From Octopus sinensis (taxonomy: Eukaryota), in assembly GCF_006345805.1 (NCBI RefSeq), contig NW_021825961.1, positions 1 through 14,079 on the forward strand: 14,079 bases of DNA, read 5' to 3'. A program made the position numbers and the translations under genes. Position 1 is the first letter of the stretch, and each line of letters starts with the position of its first letter. The notes under the pieces are model-generated. The model was not told the DNA's origin, ran no database searches, and worked only from the letters and a program-made list of their open reading frames with translations. This document shows positions 1-8,215 of the stretch, in pieces.

Positions 1-111
1 CAATTATAAGAACAATGAATAGGGAGACAAAAACAACAACAATACCAACAACAGCAATTACAGAGACATTAAATGCAAGATGGTTGACAATAGTTATGAA
101 AATCGATCATG

Positions 112-155
112 TAACAGCAACAACAGTATTAACGACAATGATAATAATGATAATA

Positions 156-186
<31 letters not shown>

Positions 187-189
187 TAA

Positions 190-235
<46 letters not shown>

Positions 236-257
236 GTAATAATAATAATAGCAACAA
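112..257. repeat. (AAT)n microsatellite with degenerate AAC/GAT 5' part
   Basis: Directly visible AAT trinucleotide run; produces the spurious poly-N/I/L/Y ORFs. Confidence 0.97.
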
Positions 258-991
258 TGGTTCGTAGAATCTAGAGAGAGGTAGAGAGAGGTTTATAAAC
301 AGTTTTCTGTTTATATACACAAGCATTTTGTTGTGAAGTGAGGCGGACTTTAGTAAAATATCAACAGAAGCATCTCGCCATAATCTATAGACATTTTCCT
401 ATGAAAATTAGGAAGACATATTGAAAACGAGGAAACGATAAGAAAAACAAATTGAAATATAAATAGCGAGGTAATAAAAGCAAACTCCTTCACAATATGA
501 AATATTGGTGAGGAAAGAAATAATAATATAATAATATATAATAATAAAATATATGTATAATGCAGATAGCGTAAACGAATTTTCTGGTTTATCGTATGAG
601 AAAAATATCGTCTGCTTTATCGAGTTTCGTTTCAGACGAACATTTGCTTCGTATGGCGACGTTAATATATTATACAAAAGAATGAAGAGTCTTTCTTTTA
701 AGCTCCATAACGGTTGTAGTAAATATAACTGTGCTAATAAAATAGACGTTGTCTACAAATGGAATTGTCCGAACCAAACCAAAACAAAACAAAAGAGTGG
801 AAACGAAAAACAAATGTAAAAATATTGTGTTTTTCCTCGACTCGCCCAAAATACATAACGTTCAGGTAATAACTCTGGCTTCAGAAATGTAAAGCAGTTA
901 TATTGATTTCTTTTAGAAGAGACACGAGGCCAAATAAAGTACACTCCATTGATTCAACCCCATAATATTACTGCTATAAGTAAACTAAGTA

Positions 992-1143
992 GGGGTCCTC
1001 TATGCGTTTACTCAAATCTGCTTGAAATAGCAGCCAAAATCCTTCTCAAATCAATCCAGACAGTCTTAAAAAAGGAAGGGTATTTTAAATACTCCTAATG
1101 AGACGGGATGGCTGCAATTGGAACGCCGTTGGGTTAAACAACT
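992..1143 (+). mobile_element. Old SINE-like 3' fragment (family D), copy 1
   Basis: Shares CTGCT(T/A)GAAATAGCAGCC (1018-1035) and flanking similarity with 1178-1195; ends GGGTTAAACAAC. Resembles an octopus interspersed-repeat tail recalled from memory; boundaries approximate. Confidence 0.5.
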
Positions 1144-1152
1144 GCTATATAT

Positions 1153-1345
1153 AGGGAATCTCTACGAGGTCACTCAACTGCTAGAAATAGCAGCCCAATT
1201 TTATTACGTCATCTAATGTGTGCTTCACCATGAAGGACATATTAGATATCGCAGTTCCATAGACTGGCCAGTTAGAATCCTTCCCATCATATGTCTACAT
1301 GGTCAGGGTAGACCTAGGGTTAAATAGCAATAACAAAAAACAACT
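1153..1345 (+). mobile_element. Old SINE-like 3' fragment (family D), copy 2
   Basis: GGGAATCTCTACG...CTGCTAGAAATAGCAGCC...GACCTAGGGTTAAA followed by a degenerate (AAC)n tail; diverged tandem partner of 992-1143. Confidence 0.5.
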
Positions 1346-1462
1346 ATTGTGAAGGGAAATACTGCGTCTGCCTAGGCTGGATTAGATTTCAGAACTGAAG
1401 AGGTTAAAATTAGTTTAGTAGCACAAAACAAGAGAAACAGAACTCAATACATAAGTGTAAGT

Positions 1463-1857
1463 TATGGATTATTATGGAAGCACTCCGTCGGTTACGACGA
1501 CGAGGGTTCCGGTTGATCCGATCAACGGAACAGCCTGCTCGTGAAATTAACGTGTAAGTGGCTGAGCACTCCACAGACACGTGTACCCTTAACGCAGTTC
1601 TCGGGGATATTCAGCGTGACACAGAGAGTGACAAGGCCGGCCCTTTGAAACACAGGCACAACAGAAACAGGAAGTAAGAGTGAGAGAAAGTTGGGGTGAA
1701 AGAGTACAGCAGGGATCACCACCATCCCTGCCGGAGCCTCGTGGAGCTTTAGGTGTTTTCGCTCAATAAACACTCACAACGCCCGGTCTGGGAATCGAAA
1801 CCACGATCCTACGACCGCGAGTCCGCTGCCCTAACCACTGGGCCATTGCGCCTCCAC
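1463..1857 (-). mobile_element. Full-length tRNA-derived SINE (family A, variant head/body)
   Basis: Minus strand starts GTGGAGGCGCAATGGCCCAGTGGTTAGG; Pol III A box at 1835-1845, B box GGTTTCGATTCCC at 1790-1802; perfect 14-bp TSD ACATAAGTGTAAGT at 1449-1462 and 1858-1871; 3' ~170 bp homologous to the copies at 4504 and 13434. Confidence 0.95.
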
Positions 1858-1973
1858 ACATAAGTGTAAGTAGAGTCACACAAATACTTCAACTCGTCCA
1901 TTTGTCCGGATATTGCTGCATGCCTGTTCAAAGAGTTTGAGTTTGTATATAGAACTCATTAGTTAATGGGCGG

Positions 1974-2320
1974 GTGAAGGCAAATGGCTCAGAGGATAGG
2001 GCGTCGGGCTCACAATCATGAGGTTGCGAGTTCGATTCCCCGACCGGACTGTGCATTGTGTTCTTGAGCAAAAAACACCTTATTTCATGTTGATCCAGTT
2101 CACTCATTTGTAAAAATGAGTTGCGGCGTCACTGGTGCCGAACTGCATCAGCCCCTTTGCCTTTCCCTTGGATAATATCGGTGGCATAAAGAGGGGAGGC
2201 TGATATGCATAGGCAACTGCTGACCTTTCATAGACAACCTTTCCCAAAATTGTGCCTTGGAGGGGAACTTCCTAGGTGCAATCGCATGGTTGTTCATGAC
2301 CGAAATGGGTCTTTTACCCC
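1974..2320 (+). mobile_element. tRNA-derived SINE with family-A-like head and central domain but a different 3' tail
   Basis: A box-like TGGCTCAGAGG, B box GAGTTCGATTCCC, central TTGTGTTCTTGAGCAA..CAC.TTATTTCA...TCCAGT.CACTCA...AAAAATGAGTTG shared with the 4504 and 13434 copies; downstream sequence unrelated to their tail. No TSD found; 3' end approximate. Confidence 0.85.
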
Positions 2321-2357
2321 CAGTAAAGGGACGTAGAAGACAGAAACTAAATATTCT

Positions 2358-2592
2358 GAAGGCGGCGAGCTGGCAGAAACGGTAGCACGCCGGGCGAAAT
2401 GCTTAGTGGTATTTCGTCTGCAGTTACGTTCTGAGTTCAAATTCCGCCGCGGTCGACTTTACCTTTCATCCTTTCGGGGTCGATAAATTAAGTACCAGTT
2501 ACGCACTGGGCTCGATGTAATCGACTCAATCCCTTTTGTCTGTCCTTGTTTGTCCCCTCTATTTTTAGCCCCCTGTGGGCAATAAAGAAATT
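2358..2592 (+). mobile_element. Full-length SINE (family B)
   Basis: GAAGGCGGCGAGCTGGCAGAA head, B box-like GAGTTCAAATTCC, central GTCGACTTT.CCTTTCATCCTTTCGGGGTCGATAAATTAAGTACCAG (resembles the conserved Deu/Nin-type SINE domain, from memory); perfect 16-bp TSD AGAAACTAAATATTCT at 2342-2357 and 2593-2608. Confidence 0.95.
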
Positions 2593-3245
2593 AGAAACTA
2601 AATATTCTTATGATCACAGGAATATAGCAGGCAAGTTGATTCGATGAAATGAGGTATTCAACTGCAGATTCGGCGACTTGCATGAAAATTTTCCGCACTG
2701 TATAAGATGGATACAAGCTATGGCTTTTCTCTGAAACTTGTCTTTATATAAGTAATATCTGCCTTATTATTGCTGCTTGTGGGATAATATTTATTTTCTA
2801 ATAGAATGAGATAATTGAGCTGTCAGACTTGGGAAAATTATGAATATTTGACTCATTTAATTTATATTCTGATAGGAGGAGAGTGGCTGTTATAAGCGTA
2901 TACGGTATGAGCGTGCGTTTGATCGTGTATATATCTGGATGTCTATGTGTGTTTGTCTTTTGTTGTATGGATGTGTGATGTATCTAATACATACAGCTTA
3001 CACGTAATTTGATCATAAATTAATAAATAAATATGCACATTATAAAATACGGCATGTATATGTGCGTATGTATATATACAACGTTAAGATGTGCTGTGTA
3101 CGCATCACAAATAACCAGTTACATCAGAGTTCAAATATAGTTTACTGTGTTAAACTCGGAAAGTGTCATGGGTAACATGCATGTCCGTGTACAACGTTGC
3201 ATACACTGGGAAATTGGCTATAGTGCATAAACAGAGCATAATATA

Positions 3246-3472
3246 TTGGGTTGTCCGGGAAATTCGTACCGATTTGTAGTAGCTTACCTTTCGACTTATT
3301 TTAGAACATGGTTGACTCCATAAAATAGGATTTGACTACGCCTCCATTTAGAGCACAGTTTAAGCTATCTTTTCGTGGAAGAAGATTTATATTCCTATAA
3401 CCTGTGTTAATTCTGTAACCCTTTAAAATGGAAGATAAGAAAATTCCTTTTCAGCACTTGATGCTTTGGGAA
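3246..3472 (+). mobile_element. Truncated mariner (Tc1/mariner) transposon left end: TIR, 5' UTR and first ~15 transposase codons
   Basis: TA at 3244-3245 followed by TIR-like TTGGGTTGTCCGGGAAATTCGTACCGATTT; ATG at 3428 gives MEDKKIPFQHLMLWE, resembling mellifera-subfamily mariner N-termini (M..K.HFRH.LL). No right TIR seen in the window. Confidence 0.75.
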
Positions 3473-3631
3473 CCAGAAAAAAATTGCTGCAGCTCGGCAC
3501 CTGAAGAAGGCTGGAGGGTATATCAGCCGAAACGTTGTGTTAACAACAAACAAGATGAGGACAAATATCCGTCAAATGTAAATAATGTAAATAATGTATA
3601 TGGTTCCTCAGCTCTTAAATATAGAACTGTA
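3473..3631 (+). mobile_element. Penelope-like element terminal-repeat fragment carrying a hammerhead motif
   Basis: Contains the minimal hammerhead at 3496-3541 followed by AC-rich sequence and a short (AATGTAAAT) tandem repeat; assignment rests on the known association of minimal type I hammerheads with Penelope-like elements; boundaries approximate. Confidence 0.55.
3496..3541 (+). ncRNA. Minimal type I hammerhead ribozyme motif
   Basis: Stem I GGCAC(3496-3500)/GUGUU(3537-3541); core CUGAAGA (3501-3507) plus extra A; stem II GGCUG(3509-3513)/CAGCC(3524-3528); GAAAC (3529-3533); GUU cleavage triplet (3534-3536); loopless palindromic stem III. Confidence 0.78.
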
Positions 3632-3660
3632 GATCAGTGCCTATATGTTATATGCGTCTA

Positions 3661-3880
3661 GGGCGGCGAATGGCAGACTTAGCAGGCCGGGCGAAAATGC
3701 TTGCCGTATTCGATCTCCGTTAAGTGTTTCTGGTTCAAAATCCGGAGGCGACTTTGCCTTTCATCTTTTTCGATAATAAGGTACAAGTTCGCACTGGGGT
3801 CGCAATGTAATCGACTACTCCCTTTGTCTGTCTTGTTCGTCCCTTCTATGTTTAGCCCCTTGTGGGCAGTTAAAGAAATA
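3661..3880 (+). mobile_element. SINE family B copy with many small indels
   Basis: Colinear with 2358-2592 from GGCGGCGA to AAAGAAATA; TSD TATATGTTATATG(C)GTCTA at 3642-3660 and 3881-3898 (one base missing in the second). Confidence 0.9.
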
Positions 3881-4237
3881 TATATGTTATATGGTCTATG
3901 AATTTGACTTAGGGTTCTTGTAAAATATGCGGACGTATATCATAATTCTTTAAAGTGTCGTGGTGCTTACTTTTAGTTTACTATTGCGCAAACATAGCGC
4001 TAATACGGCACGACAAGTCCCTGAACTTTTTTCCAGTTTTTATTTCTACTTTTCCATCTTACATTTCTTTTTATATTTCTATATTCCTTTTAATTGTCCT
4101 TATTTTTTGAACTTCAACCTATACGAAAACAGAATTGAATTTTGTAGCACACGTACTTTCTTACGTAAGAATTATTGAAACAGCTGTAGGAAAGAATATT
4201 TTGAAATATCACTATTGTTTTCTGCTGTTCTTTTGAA

Positions 4238-4382
4238 TGTGTGTTTGTGTGTCTGTGTGTGTATGTATGTGTGTGTTTGAATGCGTGTCTGTGTATGCAT
4301 GTGTGTGCGTGTGTGTCCATGTGTGAATATGTGTGTGTATGTGTGTGTATGTGCGTGTGTGCGTGCATGTGCGCACGCGCGT
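4238..4382. repeat. Degenerate (TG)n / alternating purine-pyrimidine tract
   Basis: Directly visible. Confidence 0.93.
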
Positions 4383-4503
4383 AAGGATTAAAGAGAAAAA
4401 GGTGCCGGTGCAGAATGAATAAACTTAGGACATAGTGGAAGGTGTTAAGAAGCACCCAATCACGAGTTCTACGTACCTAAGCATGCTTGTATGGATCAAG
4501 GAA

Positions 4504-4829
4504 GTGAAAGTGCGTGGCTTAGTGGTTAGGGTATTCGGCTTACGATCGTAAGGTTGTGAGTTCGATTTCCCGCGGCGTGTTGTGTTCTTGAGCAAGACAC
4601 TTTATTTCACGCTGATCCAGTCTACTCAGCTAGCAAAAATTAGTAGTACCTGTAATTCAAAGGGCCAGCCTTGTCACTTCTGTGTCACGCTGAATCTCCC
4701 TGAGAAGAACATTAAGAGTACGCGAATCGGTCTGTAGAATGCCCAGCCACTTGTACATTAATTTCACAAGCAGGCTGTTCCGTTGGTCGGATCAACTGGA
4801 ACACTCGTCGTCGTAACCGACGGAGTGCC
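4504..4829 (+). mobile_element. tRNA-derived SINE (family A)
   Basis: A box TGGCTTAGTGG, B box GAGTTCGATTTCC, CORE-like GTGTTCTTGAGCAAGACACTT, 3' tail ending CGTCGTAACCGACGGAGTG; colinear with the reverse complement of 13434-13759. No clear TSD. Confidence 0.93.
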
Positions 4830-4991
4830 GGTTCTTTTTTTTTTTTCATTCTTAGAATTCTTCCCAAAAGCAAAGCTAGTTGCTAACAAAAAAAAGCCCC
4901 ATCGCTGGGATTTGAATAACAATAACGTAAAGTGTTAGATGCTGAACTTTAAAAGTCTTACATATATCTACTATTCAGGATATATATCTAC

Positions 4992-5035
4992 AAACACACA
5001 CACACACACACACACACAACACACACACAAACATA
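4992..5035. repeat. (CA)n microsatellite
   Basis: Directly visible. Confidence 0.95.
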
Positions 5036-5353
5036 CTCGCGCATAGACACATTAAGAAATATGCACATACGTATATAGGCATGTCTCCTGGAGATTAACC
5101 TGACAGACATGTAAGATAAAGAAAATAGAATTATAATGTCAACTAAACAAAACAAAGAAATAATTATTTTAAAAAATGAGTGTCAGCCATTTTTATTTCT
5201 TAGTCAATCTTTCAATTGTGAATAATGATCAAAAAATAAAGATTGACAGCTTCAACGCAGACTATCATTGATGGATATTGTGTGAGTATATGGCTGTAAG
5301 GTGAAGTAGGCGGTAATAATTTTACACACGCACAAACACTTACGCATGTGTGT

Positions 5354-5359
5354 TATATA

Positions 5360-5390
<31 letters not shown>
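5354..5390. repeat. (TA)n microsatellite
   Basis: Directly visible. Confidence 0.95.
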
Positions 5391-5589
5391 CTCTCTTTTA
5401 CTCTTTTACTTGTTTCTGTCATTTGACTGGCCATGCTGGAGCACCGCCTTTTAGTCGAGCAAATCGACCCCAGGACTTATTCTTTGTAAGTCTAGTACTT
5501 ACTCTATCGGACTCTTTCGCCGAACCGCTAAATTACGGGGACGTAAACACACTAGCATCGGTTCTCAAGTGATGGCGGGGGGAGACAAA
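5391..5589 (-). mobile_element. 3' half of an abundant SINE (family C)
   Basis: CTCTTTTACTCTTTTACTTGTTTC...GGCCATGCTGGAGCACCGCC...CCGAACCGCTAA...GGGGGGAGACAAA recognised from memory as the 3' region of a high-copy octopus SINE; the short (GTAAAAGA) tandem tail on the minus strand abuts the (TA)n run. Confidence 0.7.
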
Positions 5590-5592
5590 ATT

Positions 5593-5848
5593 CTGGTACT
5601 TATTTAATCGACCCCGAAAGGATGAAAGGCAAAGTCGACCTCGACGGAATTTGAACTCAGAACGTAGCGGCAGACGAAATACCTATTTCTTTACAACCCA
5701 TAAGGGGCTAAACACAGAAGGGACAAACAAGGACAGACAAAGGGATTGAGTCGATTATATCGACCCCAGTGCGTAACTGGTACTTAATTTATCGACACCG
5801 GAAGGATGAAAGTCAAAGTCGACCTATCGGAATTTGAACTCAGAACGT
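5593..5848 (-). mobile_element. Two headless family B SINE units in tandem (5593-5683 and 5684-5848)
   Basis: Each unit matches the reverse complement of 2358-2592; joined tail-to-body at GACGAAATAC|CTATTTCTTT. Confidence 0.92.
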
Positions 5849-5850
5849 CA

Positions 5851-6050
5851 TTTAACCCCTTGTGGGTAGTAAAGAAATAGGTACTTCGTCTGTCTTTACG
5901 TTCTGAGTTCAAATTCCACCGAGGTTGACTTTGACTTTCATCCTTTCGAGATTCGATAAATTAAGTACCAGTTGCGTACTGGGATCACTATAATCGACTG
6001 GCCCCCTCCTCCAAAATGTCAGGCCTTGTGCCTTGAGTAGAAAAGAATAT
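5851..6050 (+). mobile_element. Family B tail (5851-5879) fused to a headless family B unit with an alternative 3' tail (5880-6050)
   Basis: CCCCTTGTGGGTAGTAAAGAAATA then GGTACTTCGTCTG...AAGTACCAG...; ends CCCCCTCCTCCAAAATGTCAGGCCTTGTGCC...AGTAGAAAAG instead of the usual TTTGTCTGTCC tail. Confidence 0.9.
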
Positions 6051-6165
6051 TGATCGACCTGGACTTATAATAATAGACATTTGCCTCAGGTGCGGCGCGA
6101 TGAATTCGAACCGGAAGCCATGTAGATGCAAATGCACGTTTTACCAAATATCCATACCTGCGCTC
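6051..6165 (-). mobile_element. Diverged 5' head of a tRNA-derived SINE (probably family C)
   Basis: Minus strand reads GCGCAGGTATGGATATTTGGTAA...CCGGTTCGAATTC (B box)...GCACCTGAGGCAAATGTCT; similar to 6999-7075. Confidence 0.6.
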
Positions 6166-6261
6166 GTGTAGGAAAATCCATACCTTTTCTAAAATTAACT
6201 GACGTTGCAGAAGGCAAATAACTGCAGCTTGGAATTGTGGCTTTTCATCATACACTTATAA

Positions 6262-6409
6262 ACTTCTGTCCTCTCTCTCTCTTCTTCTTCTTCTTCCCCT
6301 TTCTCTTCTCTCTCTCTCCCTCTCCCTCTCCCTCTCCATCTTCTCTCCGTTTAACGTTTTCTCTTTCTCCCTCTCTCTCTCTCTTTTTATCTATCTATCT
6401 ATACGCACT

Positions 6410-6443
<34 letters not shown>

Positions 6444-6700
6444 CTCATATCCATACACACATGCGTGCACACGCACACAAACATATATATATATATATAC
6501 ACACATACACATATGCATATATATATGTACATATTTGTATATGTGTGTATGTGTGTTTGTGTGCCTGTGTGTATACACACGCACACTCACACACACATAT
6601 ATATCTGTCCAACTGCCTGTCCACCACGACGACCGCTACCACGAGCACGACCACCATCGCCACCACCTCCACCACCAACACCACCGCTTGCCGCTGCGTC
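6262..6700. repeat. Compound microsatellite: CT-rich (6262-6400), CA/TA/TG (6401-6605), degenerate (ACC)n (6621-6700)
   Basis: Directly visible. Confidence 0.93.
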
Positions 6701-6998
6701 ATCCATGCATTCTGTGACGACCTAAATTACCAATTTGAACATTGGTGTCCTAACGAATTAATTGTTAATGACTTATTAAGCTTGATTACTCTTCTTGATA
6801 ACGACTTTTTAGAAAATATTCTTTCCACTTGGTTGACAGTTGAAATCTTCATCTAATTTTCTCTAATCCGCCATTTTCACAACGAACTGTCATAATAATG
6901 ACATCAAATTTAAAATCTTCTCAGAGTCTTTTCCTTTCCCTCCTCCTTGCTCTGTATTATCATCAACGCTTTTCTTTTCTCCTCATCTGAACATGTGT

Positions 6999-7075
6999 AG
7001 GCGAAGGCTTGGTTGTGTGATTAAGACGATTACTTCCTAGCCATGGAGCCTAAGTTCAGTCCCACCACGGCGCGC
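6999..7075 (+). mobile_element. Diverged SINE tRNA-like head fragment (probably family C)
   Basis: AGGCGAAGGCTTGGTTGTGTGATTAAG...CCATGG...AAGTTCAGTCCCAC (A/B box remnants); truncated at a (TA)n run. Confidence 0.55.
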
Positions 7076-7078
7076 GTG

Positions 7079-7081
<3 letters not shown>

Positions 7082-7131
<50 letters not shown>
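7082..7131. repeat. (TA)25 microsatellite
   Basis: Directly visible perfect run. Confidence 0.97.
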
Positions 7132-7135
<4 letters not shown>

Positions 7136-7287
7136 ATCCAAACAAGAAAGCACAAAAAAACAAACAACGCGAGGACGTGGAACAAATATAGTATTATTGG
7201 ACGCTCAGGAAAGAAGGAGGGTTTAACGTTTCGAGCGGAGCTCTTCGTCGGAATAGGAGAAGGGAAGACACAGGAAAAAAATCGCCA
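7132..7287 (-). mobile_element. Penelope-like element fragment with degenerate hammerhead motif
   Basis: Contains the hammerhead-like motif at 7221-7253 and abuts (TA)n; boundaries inferred from the neighbouring repeats. Confidence 0.5.
7221..7253 (-). ncRNA. Degenerate minimal type I hammerhead ribozyme motif
   Basis: Minus strand UU-CCGACGA-A-GAGC-UCC-GCUC-GAAAC-GUU-AAAC: core CUGANGA with U4>C, extra A, 4-bp stem II, GAAAC, GUU triplet; stem I reduced to 2 bp. Confidence 0.6.
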
Positions 7288-7291
7288 TGCA

Positions 7292-7697
7292 TATAAAAGA
7301 AGTTTGAAAAGGCCACTGTATAAGATAAGTTTTAATTTTCTTGGAGATTTTACATCTTTCGGTTCTTCTTGAAAAAACGAACCTTATCAAATATATTGTT
7401 AAAAATTAAGTGTAATAAAAAAAGTTCATAATTGTTTCTCACTAGTCTCAACAGAGTCCACGTGGTGGTGTTTTGTAGTGGCGGTGAGGGAGAGCATAAT
7501 GGCTGTCTTGTGCGTTGACTAGAATCGTTGGCTGTTGACACTAGTAAGAAACAATTATGAACTTTTTTTTATTACACTTAACTTTTAAAAATACTTTTGA
7601 TAAGGTTCGTTTTTTCAAGAAGAACCGAAAGATGTAAAATCTCTAAGAAAATTTAAATTTATCTTATATAGTGGCCTTTTCAAACTTCTTTTTTATA
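7292..7697. mobile_element. MITE/foldback-like element with ~160-bp terminal inverted repeats
   Basis: 7295-7454 is the reverse complement of 7532-7692 with about 10 mismatches and 1 indel by manual count; 77-bp spacer; TATA at both outer ends; no coding capacity. Confidence 0.88.
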
Positions 7698-7860
7698 AAT
7701 ACCGAACTTCAGTGCTAGCTTCAAATCGCCAAATCGCCTTTTAAGACTGGATAACACAATAGGAAATCATTGCTGGACATTTCTCTCTCAATATCCTGTT
7801 GATGGAACAATTTAAACGACCAACAGGAACTTCCGACAAATCAATGGCGAACTTTCAAAA

Positions 7861-7950
7861 TTTCTCTCTCACTCTCCCCTCTTCCCTTCTCTCCACCTTT
7901 CTCTTCTCTCTTTCTTTCTTTCTTTCTTTTTCTCTCTCTTTTCTTTTACA
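7861..7950. repeat. Polypyrimidine CT/CTTT-rich tract
   Basis: Directly visible. Confidence 0.9.
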
Positions 7951-8100
7951 CCTTTCGCTTTCACTCTCGCCGGCTTAACACCAGTGAAACGAGAAACTGT
8001 GGCGGCTTAGGCTCTGAGTCATAACTTCGTTGCGTCAGTGACGGAGAAAAAAGGTTCTTTAAATTTGAGATTACCATGTACTACCTAGACACACTTATAA

Positions 8101-8215
8101 ATACATACACACACACACACACACACACACAACACACACACACACATATGAATACAAACAAAGGCACAGACATCTATATACATACATGCATACATAAATA
8201 CATACACATGTACGC
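8101..8215. repeat. (CA)n / (CATA)n microsatellite
   Basis: Directly visible. Confidence 0.93.

Noticed and set aside
1395-1440. Other CTGAAGA hammerhead-core matches (also near 10643)
   Set aside because: No stem II closing onto GAAA and no stem I complement.
1522-1773. 83-aa ORF (also 13668-13874, 5348-5572, 3701-3901)
   Set aside because: They lie largely inside SINEs and are incidental frames.
1785-1857. tRNA gene candidates (also at 1974, 4504 and 13690-13759)
   Set aside because: A/B boxes are present, but there is no proper acceptor stem and each continues into a SINE body; these are SINE heads.
2875-2960. Possible very old SINE head (GAGTGGCTGT)
   Set aside because: Match too short and no B box.
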